A stretch of 64,000 bases of DNA, from the NCBI GenBank assembly GCA_965214705.1, contig OZ243972.1, positions 1,728,001-1,792,000 of the forward strand. The letters run 5' to 3'. The DNA is from Alphaproteobacteria bacterium. Lineage in GTDB: Bacteria > Pseudomonadota > Alphaproteobacteria > UBA828. Both the position numbers and the translations under genes were made by a program. Of the stretch, positions 25,767 to 34,559 are shown piece after piece. Numbering within the stretch: position 1 is the stretch's first letter; the number at the start of each line of letters is the position of its first letter. Below the pieces are notes generated by a model that worked only from the letters and a program-made list of their open reading frames with translations, did not search any database and was not told the origin of the DNA.

Positions 25767-26678
25767 ATGACCCCGGAGCAGGTGCTCGCCCATCCCCCCA
25801 AGGTGCTGACCGACGCGCAGCGGGAGGCGTACTTCCGCGACGGCTACCTGCTGCTGGAACGCTTCGTGCCGGAGGACTGGCTCGCCACGCTGCGCGGGCT
25901 CAGCGAGCACTTCATCGACGAGAGCCGGAGCCGGGCCGCCTCGGACGACAGGTTCGACCTGGAATCCGATCATTGCGCGACAGCGCCCCGGCTCAGGCGC
26001 CTGAACCAGCCGGTGGCGCAGCACCCCGATTACTGGCGCTTCGCAAGCCGCTCCTGCATCACCGACCTGGCCGAGGACCTGCTCGGGCCCAACGTGATGT
26101 TCCACCACTCCAAGCTCAACTTCAAATGGTCGGGCGGCGGCGAGGAAGTGAAGTGGCACCAAGACATCCAGTACTGGCCCCACACCAACTACAGCGTGCT
26201 CACCATCGGCGTCTATCTGGAAGACGTGGACGAGACCATGGGGCCCATGGGCGTGATTCCCGGCGCGCACGAGGGCGAGCTGTTCGACCTCTATGACGGG
26301 AACGACTGCTGGGCCGGCGCCATCAGCGAGCAGGACCTCCCTCGGGTGCCGGTGGAGAAGGCGGTCTATCTCCAGGGCCCGGCGGGCTCGGTGACGGTGC
26401 ACCACTGCCGCATGATCCACGGTTCCAAGCCCAACGCCCACCCGGCGCGCTCGCGGCCGCTGCTGCTCAACGCCTTCTCGTCCGCCGACGCACTGCCGGT
26501 GACGGCCTACAATTATCCCTCGACGCATAACGGGGAGCTGGTGCGGGGCGAGCGCCCGCGCTGGATCCACTTCGACCCGAGGCCCTGCCTCCTGCCGCCG
26601 GACTGGTCGGGCGGCTACACCTCGATTTTCGCGCTGCAGCAGGGCGAGGAGCAGGAGCCCCAGGCCGAAGCGGGCTAA
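25767..26678 (+). CDS. Phytanoyl-CoA dioxygenase (PhyH)-family Fe(II)/2OG dioxygenase
   Basis: YFRDGYL, SKLNFK, WHQD (HxD motif) and distal IHGS. Confidence 0.88.
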   Translation: MTPEQVLAHPPKVLTDAQREAYFRDGYLLLERFVPEDWLATLRGLSEHFIDESRSRAASDDRFDLESDHCATAPRLRRLNQPVAQHPDYWRFASRSCITDLAEDLLGPNVMFHHSKLNFKWSGGGEEVKWHQDIQYWPHTNYSVLTIGVYLEDVDETMGPMGVIPGAHEGELFDLYDGNDCWAGAISEQDLPRVPVEKAVYLQGPAGSVTVHHCRMIHGSKPNAHPARSRPLLLNAFSSADALPVTAYNYPSTHNGELVRGERPRWIHFDPRPCLLPPDWSGGYTSIFALQQGEEQEPQAEAG

Positions 26679-26815
26679 GCCATAGTGCCCCAATCCAGAC
26701 GTTTGACCTCGTCGACGAGGTGCCCCTCCTACGTCATGGCCGGGCTTGTCCCGGCCATCCACGTGTTTGCCCAGCGTTCAACGGGTCTGGCTGAACGAGA
26801 TGCCCGGAACAAGTC

Positions 26816-28074
26816 CACTGCTGTCCGGTTTAGCTTGGGTAGACAAGGTGCATGGCTTGGATTCAACTTGGTTTTTGCAAGACCTGTTGAATCGAAGCTC
26901 GCAATGGAGCCCAAGCCATGCCCTACCAGGATACGGTTTTCGGCGAACTGATGAAGGCGTTTCCGCGCTGGCGCTTCGACAAGCTGGCAGAGCGCCACGG
27001 AGCGGACTACCGGGTCCGGCGCCTTTCGTCGTGGAGCCAGTTCCAGGCGATGGTGTTCGCCCAGCTGTCGGGCTCGCGCTCCTTGCGCGAGGCGGTCGGT
27101 GCGCTGGAACGCTTTCCGGGCGTCCACGCCCATCTGGGTCTGGCGCCGGTGCGGCGGTCTACGCTCGCGGATGCCAACCGGGTACGTCCGGCGGCCCTGT
27201 TCGAGGACGTGCTGGAAGCCCTGGTCGCCCGGCTGGGCGCATCTGCGGGCCAGCGCGGGCGGGAGATGCTGCGCCTCGTCGATGCGACCCGGGTCCTGGT
27301 TGGCAAGCGGATCGAGAGCTGGGAGGCCGACGGTGCCGTCAAGCTGCACGTGGTCTACGACCCGGACGCAGATGCGCCTGTCTGCTTTGCCGTGACCTCG
27401 GCCAGGGTCAACGACATCACGCCGGCCAAGCGCCTCCCCATCGAGCCCGGCGCGACTTACGTCTTCGACAGAGGCTATTACGACTTCACCTTCTGGGCAG
27501 ACATCGACGCCAAGGGGAGCCGCTTCGTCACCCGCCTGAAGAAGAACTCGCCCACAAGCCTGATCGAGACCCGCCCGGTCAAGCCGGACGGCCCGGTCGT
27601 GGCCGACCGCGTCGCCTTGCTGTCGAAGCGCCTGGCGGCGAGCCGCAAGAACCCCTTCGACAAGCCGGTGCGTCTGGTCGACGTGCGCATCGACAGCGGC
27701 AGGGAGATCACGCTGGTCAGCAACGACCTCAATGCCCCGGCCGAAGAGATCGCGGCGCTCTACAAGCAGCGCTGGCAGGTCGAGCTGTTCTTCAAGTGGA
27801 TCAAGCAGAACCTCAAGATCAGACACTTCCTCGGCACCAGCGAAAATGCCGTGCGCATCCAGATCGTCACCGCGCTGATCGCCTACCTGCTGCTGCGGCT
27901 GGCGCAGATCGGAACCGGAACCGGGCTCGGCCTCCAGGCCATCGCCCGCCTCGTCGCCAAGACGACCTTCCAACGCCGGGCCCTCACCGACCTCTTCGAA
28001 CCACCGCCTGACACACCGCAAGCCCATGGCCAGCTCCAAATCCCCTTCGCCAAAATCTAAACCGGACAGCAATG
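26816..28074 (+). mobile_element. IS4-family element
   Basis: 18-bp inverted repeats CACTGCTGTCCGGTTTAG / CTAAACCGGACAGCAATG (17/18). 9-bp duplication GAACAAGTC at 26807-26815 and 28075-28083. Confidence 0.92.
26918..28060 (+). CDS. IS4-family transposase
   Basis: RSTLADAN, LVDAT, VFDRGY and YKQRWQVELFFKWIKQNL (YREK motif). Confidence 0.92.
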   Translation: MPYQDTVFGELMKAFPRWRFDKLAERHGADYRVRRLSSWSQFQAMVFAQLSGSRSLREAVGALERFPGVHAHLGLAPVRRSTLADANRVRPAALFEDVLEALVARLGASAGQRGREMLRLVDATRVLVGKRIESWEADGAVKLHVVYDPDADAPVCFAVTSARVNDITPAKRLPIEPGATYVFDRGYYDFTFWADIDAKGSRFVTRLKKNSPTSLIETRPVKPDGPVVADRVALLSKRLAASRKNPFDKPVRLVDVRIDSGREITLVSNDLNAPAEEIAALYKQRWQVELFFKWIKQNLKIRHFLGTSENAVRIQIVTALIAYLLLRLAQIGTGTGLGLQAIARLVAKTTFQRRALTDLFEPPPDTPQAHGQLQIPFAKI

Positions 28075-28167
28075 GAACAAGTCCGAGCATGACGAGAGAA
28101 TTTACCGGGTCGAGGAGCCTGCGCAGCCAACCCAAATTATGCGAACATCGGAAATAGGACTCTAGGC

Positions 28168-29214
28168 CTAGGCCCCGCCCTCCGGTGAGAGGCAGTTGCT
28201 GAACGATGCAGCCATGTTGCGGAGCAGCGTGAAGTAGAGCTCCGGCCCGTCCTCGATCGTGGCGCCGATGGGATCCACGGTGCCGGTCTTCACGTCGCTG
28301 CCTTCGATGACGGTCCTGACAATGCGCTGGTCGAATTGGGGCTCGTCGAACACGCAGACCACGCCGAGCGAGTGCAGCTTGTCTTGAAGTTCGGCGATGC
28401 GCCGCGCGCCGGGCGCGCGCTCGGGGCTGACGACGACCGAGCCCGCAGCGGTAAGCCCGAAGCGGTCCTCGAAATAGCGGTAGCCATCGTGGAAGACGAT
28501 GAACGGCACGCCGCGAGCCGGTGCCACTTCCTGGGCGATCTCCCCGGTCAAGTGGTCCAGGCGGTGGAGCAGGGCGTCGACGTTGGCCTCGTAGGTGGCG
28601 GCGTTGGCAGGATCGACGCCGGCCAGGGCGCCGCCGATCGCGCGCGCCAGGGTCCAGCCGTTGATCGGATCGAGCCAGACATGCAGGTCGAAGGCGCCGT
28701 GGTCGTCCATGTCGTCGGCATGGTCATCGTGGTCGTCATGCCCGTGGCCATGGCCGTGATCGTCGTGACCCGCGTCGTCGTCCATACCCCCGTGGCCGTG
28801 GCTGCTGTGGTCGTGGTCCTCGAAGGCGCCGCCCTCGCGCATCGGCCTTCGCACCAGCCCCGCTGCGTCGATCAGCTTGACCACGTGGGCGTTGTCGGCG
28901 AGCGCGTTCACCGGCTCAACGAGCGCGGTCTCCATCGTGTCGCCGATCATGAAGACGATATGGGCCTCCTCCAGCGCCGCCGCGTCAGAGGGGCGCATGG
29001 TGAAGGTATGCGGCGACGAGTGGCCCCGGATGATCAGGTGAGGCTCGCCCACGCCCGCCATCACGGCGCTCACCAGCGAATGCACCGGCTTGATCGAGGC
29101 GACCACCCGCAATTCGTCATCGGCCGTTGCGGGGCCTGCGGCCCCCCAGCCGAGGAGTGCCACTGCGGCAAGCGTAAGGGGTAAACGTCGAAGTGCGATG
29201 CGTGGACGATCCAT
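28168..29214 (-). CDS. znuA: Zinc ABC transporter substrate-binding protein
   Basis: VVASIKPVHSLV, SPH, His/Asp-rich loop, HVWLDP, FHDGY and EPQF; Zur-box-like site upstream. Confidence 0.85.
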   Translation of the reverse strand: MDRPRIALRRLPLTLAAVALLGWGAAGPATADDELRVVASIKPVHSLVSAVMAGVGEPHLIIRGHSSPHTFTMRPSDAAALEEAHIVFMIGDTMETALVEPVNALADNAHVVKLIDAAGLVRRPMREGGAFEDHDHSSHGHGGMDDDAGHDDHGHGHGHDDHDDHADDMDDHGAFDLHVWLDPINGWTLARAIGGALAGVDPANAATYEANVDALLHRLDHLTGEIAQEVAPARGVPFIVFHDGYRYFEDRFGLTAAGSVVVSPERAPGARRIAELQDKLHSLGVVCVFDEPQFDQRIVRTVIEGSDVKTGTVDPIGATIEDGPELYFTLLRNMAASFSNCLSPEGGA

Positions 29215-29250
29215 GGTCGCGTCTCCGTCGATCAGGCGGGTATGGTTTGG

Positions 29251-29273
29251 AAGATGTTATAATGTAATGTTGC
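29251..29273. promoter_or_regulatory. Zur-box-like operator
   Basis: AAGATGTTATAATGTAATGTTGC matches the Zur consensus GAAATGTTATAnTATAACATTTC at about 17/23; about 40 bp upstream of znuA. Confidence 0.6.
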
Positions 29274-29303
29274 GCTTGTACACTGGCCCTCGGAAGCCGG
29301 GCG

Positions 29304-30308
29304 TCAGCCGAGCGGCGTGTTGAGAAAGGCGATGAACGAGACCAGGCCGACGAGGGTGACCAGGGCAGCGCCCGCGTAGTTCATGCCTTGGCGGAGCGCG
29401 TTGGCCCCGCCGCCCGAGCGCTCCATGACCCGCATCGCGGCCTGCCTTGCGAGGATCGCGCCGACCCCAAGCACGCAAATGCTAGAGCCGATGCCGAGCG
29501 ACATCGCCGCGACCAGCAGGGAGCCCGGAACGATCATGTCGTTCGCCACCGCGTAGAGCATGATCAGCACGGCGCCGGGGCAGGGGACCATACCGGCCGC
29601 GAGCGCCAGGATGCCGCCTTCCGCCTTGCCGCCGTGGCTGTGGCCATGATGGTGCCCGTGCGCATGGGCGTGATCATGGTCGTGGTGATGACCATGTCCT
29701 CTGTGGCCGCGCGCCCTCAGCGAGGCGCGGACGGCCTGGTAGAGCATGTAGAGGCCGATGCCGACGATGATGAGGAAGCTCGCGGCGCGCACGCCGGGCA
29801 CGTCCGAGAGCCCCAGCCCGAAGCCGCCGCGCAGCACGAGGTCGGCGAGCCAGACAATGACGATGGCAGCGATGACGTGGACGATGGCGATCTGCAGGGC
29901 CATCACCACGCCGCGCATCACCCGCGCCTCGCGCCCGAGGAAGTATGACACGACGACGAACTTCCCGTGCCCCGGCCCAAATGCGTGGATGGCGCCGTAG
30001 GCGAAGGCGACCGCAAGGGCCAGGAGGAAGGCGCCGAGATTCTCGCCCCGCTCGATGGCGTTCATGTGGAAGGCCACCTCGGCGTTGGCGCGGCGCTGGA
30101 AATCCATCAGGAAGTCCGATACCCCGTCGAACAGGCCGCCGCGCTCCTCGACGATCTCGACCTCGACGGGAACGGGCGCCGGCGCTGCGGAGTCGGTCTG
30201 CGAGAGCGCGAGCGGCGCCGCGAACAGGCTCGTCAGAAACAGCACGCACACCAGACCCAGCAGCGCGAGCGGTCTGCAGAGGCGGCGTCTGCGGGGCATG
30301 TGACTCAT
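29304..30308 (-). CDS. Ni/Co transporter (RcnA/NiCoT-like)
   Basis: YGAIHAFGPGHGK, His-rich loop, GMVPCPGA and multiple TM helices. Confidence 0.85.
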   Translation of the reverse strand: MSHMPRRRRLCRPLALLGLVCVLFLTSLFAAPLALSQTDSAAPAPVPVEVEIVEERGGLFDGVSDFLMDFQRRANAEVAFHMNAIERGENLGAFLLALAVAFAYGAIHAFGPGHGKFVVVSYFLGREARVMRGVVMALQIAIVHVIAAIVIVWLADLVLRGGFGLGLSDVPGVRAASFLIIVGIGLYMLYQAVRASLRARGHRGHGHHHDHDHAHAHGHHHGHSHGGKAEGGILALAAGMVPCPGAVLIMLYAVANDMIVPGSLLVAAMSLGIGSSICVLGVGAILARQAAMRVMERSGGGANALRQGMNYAGAALVTLVGLVSFIAFLNTPLG

Positions 30309-30314
30309 CGGGGC

Positions 30315-30905
30315 CTATCCCTCGCAGGCGAGCGTGATGGGTTGAGGATGGCCGGATTGCGCGCCCTCGCCGCGCGCAAGGCGGAACTTGCATCCCGGCG
30401 TCATCTCGCCGCTCACCAGAAGGAAGGGGGAATCGGAAAAGCTGAAGTCCACGAAAACCTCACGATCGAACAGGCTGACGGTCACGGGTTCTGCTTTCGG
30501 GTCGAGGGGCGGCGTCAGGCCCACGGAAAACTCGTAGACGAGTTGCGTCTGCTCGATCCGCGCCGCAAACCGATCCACGTCGAAACCGTCCTGCTTCTCC
30601 TCTCCCAACCAGATGTGCACGAAATAATCGGCTGGTGAGAGCGGATCGAAGGTCTCGGCGCGCAGGTTTCTGACCTCAAGCGGATTGAGGCTTCCGTCGC
30701 CATCCAGATCGTAGGTCTGGATGGTGTGGGCGCTGTAGAAGTCGTCGAACGTCCACGAAAAATCCAGGCCACTGACCCGCTGCTGGTCGAACGAGACGGT
30801 GATCGTGGTCTCGACCCATACGTCCGGATTGGCGCGCGCCTCGGTCGCCGCCAGCGCTGCGGTCAGGGCGACAACCAGCGCCCGTAGCCTGAGCATCGTC
30901 GCCAT
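30315..30905 (-). CDS. DUF1007-family periplasmic protein
   Basis: Signal peptide, then NPDVWV...WTFDDFYS...YDLDGDG. This family is typically paired with RcnA-like transporters. The start codon is uncertain. Confidence 0.7.
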   Translation of the reverse strand: MATMLRLRALVVALTAALAATEARANPDVWVETTITVSFDQQRVSGLDFSWTFDDFYSAHTIQTYDLDGDGSLNPLEVRNLRAETFDPLSPADYFVHIWLGEEKQDGFDVDRFAARIEQTQLVYEFSVGLTPPLDPKAEPVTVSLFDREVFVDFSFSDSPFLLVSGEMTPGCKFRLARGEGAQSGHPQPITLACEG

Positions 30906-31439
30906 GGAGGGACGTTGTGACATGTCGTGTGACATGTCAAGAGTGTCGTTGTAATGGCGAAGGTCGCGGCCCCGTCGCCGCGACGTGGCTCGCCCGCATT
31001 TCTCACCACGTTCATGGTCTGCGCGGCGCTGTCCGGCCGACAGGGTAGGAACGGCGCGCAGCGCGATGTGGGGCATCGGGCGAGCGGTTTGACGCACTCT
31101 GTGGGCGGAACAGCGCTGCCCTTCGGGTCGCGCCCAGGCGCCCGCCCGCGTCGTCGCGGGCTTCAACCGTATTCCCCGATACGCCTTTCGGCCCGCTCCT
31201 GGCGGGTCGAACGCCTGGGCGCGACGCAGGTCGTGACTCTGGTGAGAAACCATAGTGACTTACTGCGCCTCCTGTTGTCCTGAGATGCCTGGAGAGGCTT
31301 GGAGGTTCATTTTGTTGTGGTATTGAAATGATCTATCCGGCCTGGAGCGGACTGTAGGTCCCCCGAAGGGTCCTGAGGTTACTTCCATGTGTTGTAGTAG
31401 GTGTTGATTTGATATGCCCCGACATGCCACAATCCATGC

Positions 31440-32708
31440 ATGTCAAACATATCCGGAAAGCGCGTCGCGCGCGTCAAGCTCACAATCGCCAAGCGCGCCA
31501 TCGACAGCCTCAAGCCCGCCCACAAGCCATGGATCGCATGGGACGACAAGCTCACGGGCTTCGGCGTCCAGGTCCACCCGTCTGGCGTCAAGTCCTACAT
31601 CGTCAACTACCGCCCCGGCGCGGGCGGCAGGGCGGCACCCAACAAGCGCCTCGCCATCGGACGCTGCGACAGGATGGCGCCGGAGCAGGCGCGGCGCGAG
31701 GCCCACAGGCTGCTGGGCATGGTTGCCGTGGGCGAGGACCCGGCGACGGACCGTGCCAGGAGCCGGCGCATGCCGCCCCTCGGGGAGGCCTTCGAGCAGT
31801 ACATGGCGGCCAATCCCAAGCGCAGGGCGAGCACGACCGAGAACTACCGTGACCGGTTCGAGCGGCCCCTCTCGGACTGGCTTGGCCGTTCCCTCGACAG
31901 CATCACGCGCAGCGACGTGGAGGACCGGTTCAACCGCATCACCGAGAAACACGGATGGGCGACGGCCAACCAGTGCATCTCCCTGCTGCGCTCGGTCTAC
32001 CGCCGGCCCTGCGTGGACCACGAGGGGTTGGTCAATCCCGTCGATCTCTGGCTGGCTGGCGGGGGCCGGTTCCACCCCAAGCCGCGCCGCAAGATCCCGC
32101 CTCCCGCCGAGGTCCTGCCGTGCTGGCGCAGGGGCATCGAGGCCGTGGTGAGCAACCCGGCTCTTCGAGACGTGTTCTGGTTCGGCATATACACGGGCAT
32201 GCGGCTCGGTGAGGTGCTGCCGCTCAAGTGGGAGCGTGTGAACCGGGAGGCGCTGGTCTTCCGTGTGGACAACACCAAGACGGGTTCGCCGCTGGAGTTG
32301 CCCATCACCCGGCAGCTCGCAGCCGTTCTCGATCGCCGCTGGGGCGAGAGCGGTCACCTGAAGGGCGGCTGGGTGTTTCCCTCTGCCGCCAGTCGCACGG
32401 GCTACTTCGTGAAGCTGACGTATTTCTATCGCCGGATCAGCGAGGCCGGTGGCGCGAAGTTCTGGTTCCACGGGATGCGCAACTGCTTCATCACGGTGGC
32501 CGAGCGCGAGCTGATGCTGCCGCACGCCCTGACCAAGCGTCTGGTGAACCATGCGCCGCCCCGCGACGTCACCGAGGGGTACACCGCCGACTGGACGATC
32601 GGGCAGTTGCGCGAACCCGCTCAGCGTATCGCGGATCGCATCGAGGCGTTGATGGGAGCTGAGCCCAACTGCGTTGTCGGGGGAATGGAGACGCCGGGAG
32701 CTACATAG
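31440..32708 (+). CDS. Tyrosine integrase with an arm-type DNA-binding domain
   Basis: WDDKLTGFGV arm domain, YTGMRLGE, TKTG, FHGMRNCF, VNH and TEGY catalytic residues. Confidence 0.9.
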   Translation: MSNISGKRVARVKLTIAKRAIDSLKPAHKPWIAWDDKLTGFGVQVHPSGVKSYIVNYRPGAGGRAAPNKRLAIGRCDRMAPEQARREAHRLLGMVAVGEDPATDRARSRRMPPLGEAFEQYMAANPKRRASTTENYRDRFERPLSDWLGRSLDSITRSDVEDRFNRITEKHGWATANQCISLLRSVYRRPCVDHEGLVNPVDLWLAGGGRFHPKPRRKIPPPAEVLPCWRRGIEAVVSNPALRDVFWFGIYTGMRLGEVLPLKWERVNREALVFRVDNTKTGSPLELPITRQLAAVLDRRWGESGHLKGGWVFPSAASRTGYFVKLTYFYRRISEAGGAKFWFHGMRNCFITVAERELMLPHALTKRLVNHAPPRDVTEGYTADWTIGQLREPAQRIADRIEALMGAEPNCVVGGMETPGAT

Positions 32709-32746
32709 CCTGAAGGCCTCAGCTTCAATTCCCGCCCCCGCGACCA
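32700..32746 (+). other. Degenerate 3' half of tRNA-fMet (att-like scar)
   Basis: GCTACATAGCCTGAAGGCCTCAGCTTCAATTCCCGCCCCCGCGACCA resembles GCTCATAACCTGAAGGTCGCAGGTTCAAATCCTGCCCCCGCAACCA, and overlaps the integrase stop. Confidence 0.7.
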
Positions 32747-32788
32747 CGGAAAGTCTTTGAAAAAATGTAGTTTTCTAGGACTTTTCAT

Positions 32789-33770
32789 CCTAAATCCGGC
32801 AGTTGCAGGCTGCGGGCGGCGGGTTTTCGGGGTCGATTTCAGCCCGCGAGCGCGGGTCGAGGCGGCGGCAGCCAGGGCTGTCGGCCCGGCTGGCGGCCAC
32901 GCAGGTACTTCTTCAGCGCTTGCGCCAGGATGCGGCGCCAGCGATCCTCGGCGCTCAACTGCTCCGCACTTCGCATCAGGCTCCGGAAGAAGCCGGTGAT
33001 GCGCCGCAATGCTGCGACCACCACCCGCCGACGCCCGTGACTCGACGTCACCGTCAACCGCGTCTGACCAGCATGCTGGGTCCGGCGGGCAATCCCGTGC
33101 AGCAGAAGCGGCCGGCTGGTGATCGCCTCGCGGTGATGATCGGGATCGGCCAAGCGCACAAACAGGCTCCACCAGTTGTAGATGAGCGCGATCAGCCGGG
33201 CCATGTGCTGGCAGCGCTTCAGGTCGCGTGTCGTGAAGCCGCCCCACCCCCACTGGTTCTTCAACTCGTCGAAGCCGTTCTCCGCGTCAGCCCGGTCCCG
33301 GTAGAGCTGGGCAACCGAACGGACCTCAAGATCGAGCGACGTCGCCAGAACCGCGAACTCCCACACCTTGGTGCCCGGCTGCGCGTCGGCCCAGAACAGA
33401 TCGCCCTGGCCGTCATCGACACGCGTCAGCGCCACCGTCCCGGGAAGCCGCCGGCGCAGCACCACGACGCGACGCGTCCGGCTCCAACCCCGCAGGCGAA
33501 GCTCGGCCTCGATACCCCACCAGCCCTGGCCCGCGTCCGCCCACTCGTCACGCCCCATGAGGCGCTCCGCAAGGCGACGCGCGCCCTGCGTCAGGCGCAG
33601 CTTGAACAGATAGTCGAGACCCGCCCCCTCGCACGACGCCATGGTGCCCTCGCTCCCCCAGTCCTTGTCGCCCCGGACAAGCCGCGGCCAGTGCTCACGG
33701 TCGAGGCGCTCAAGCAGGGCCCACAGCGAGGGTGCCGCGCTCTTCGAGCGGTGACGGTTGCCGGCCTCGA
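32789..33770 (-). pseudogene. 5'-truncated IS1380-family transposase with its right end
   Basis: RGDKDWG, YLFKLR and YRDRADAENGFDELKNQWGWGGF. End sequence AACTGCCGGATTTAGG on the minus strand at 32789-32804. Confidence 0.8.
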
Positions 33771-33987
33771 GAGCGAGACGGCCGTCGGCTCGCTGCACGG
33801 AACCTGGCGGCAAGGCGGGCTGCAGCTCAGCGGCGCGGTGAACCTGGGCAGAACCGGTGTGGACATCGAGCGCTCGACGATGAGCCTCGGCGGGCAGGCG
33901 AGCGCTGTCCTGGGCTACTCAGGCCGCACCGGCGACGGTTCCCGCAGCGACCACCTGGTGAACGTGGGCCTGCGCGTCGTGTTTTGA
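33769..33987 (+). pseudogene. Autotransporter beta-barrel C-terminal remnant
   Basis: Amphipathic strands ending LGYSGRTGDGSRSDHLVNVGLRVVF*; no N-terminus. Confidence 0.5.
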
Positions 33988-34004
33988 TTGGGGCGCCAAA
34001 ATAC

Positions 34005-34432
34005 ATCCCGGCGGAGGAAGAGGTGCCACATAGTGCTCTGTGAGACCCGCAGACCGTGCTCGTCTTCCAGATGGGCGGCGGTCTCCGAAAGCGTGAAGTC
34101 CGGGGTCTCGTCCACCAGCGAGAGGACCACCCCTGTCCGTGCCTCGATCCGCTGCGAGCGCCTGTCGCCGCCTTGCGCTCTGGGGCGATAGCTGCCCGCG
34201 CGGCGCCAGGCTGCGACCCACTTGATCGCCGTCGACGGCTCGATGCCGAACCGCTTCGCCGCGCTCCGGCGGCTCATGTCGCCATCTACCACCGCCGTCA
34301 CCACTTGGCGGCGCAGATCAATCGAAAGAGGTCGTGTCATGCAGGTTGGCCTCCTTCACCAGCCCGCATCCTAAATAACAAATCCAAGCGATTGAAAATT
34401 CTAAAGATTCTCTGTGTCCGAAGAATGCTCTA
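34005..34432 (-). pseudogene. Truncated IS630-family element (HTH ORF only)
   Basis: MTRPLSIDLR...SRRSAAKRFGIEPSTAIKW...PDFTLSE. Left end TAGAGCA on the minus strand near 34432. DDE ORF absent. Confidence 0.75.
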
Positions 34433-34559
34433 ACATTCGCACTGGCTCGCTCCTTCGGGGGCCAGTCGACCGGACTCGGTATCGTCTGGGCCTCATTGCC
34501 TGTGAGCTCACATACTGCGCGGCAAGGATGATTGGCAACCAATATGCGGAGGAACGAAA

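Larger units (their letters stand above)
26733..28093. repeat. Alphaproteobacterial REP-like palindrome pair, interrupted by IS4
   Basis: GTCATGGCCGGGCTTGTCCCGGCCATC at 26733. The inverted partner GATGCCCGGAACAAGTC|CGAGCATGAC is split at 26815/28084. Confidence 0.75.

Noticed and set aside
28700-28820. Short repeats (TGGTCGTC/TGGCCA) resembling an array; also 29630-29700
   Set aside because: They encode His/Asp-rich metal-binding loops of ZnuA and the RcnA-like protein. No constant repeat-spacer period and no cas genes.
32700-32746. Functional tRNA gene
   Set aside because: The 5' half is missing and the anticodon and T arms carry substitutions; recorded as an att-like scar.
32803-33987. 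394-aa plus-strand ORF
   Set aside because: It is a chimera of antisense IS1380 sequence and a 73-codon autotransporter tail.
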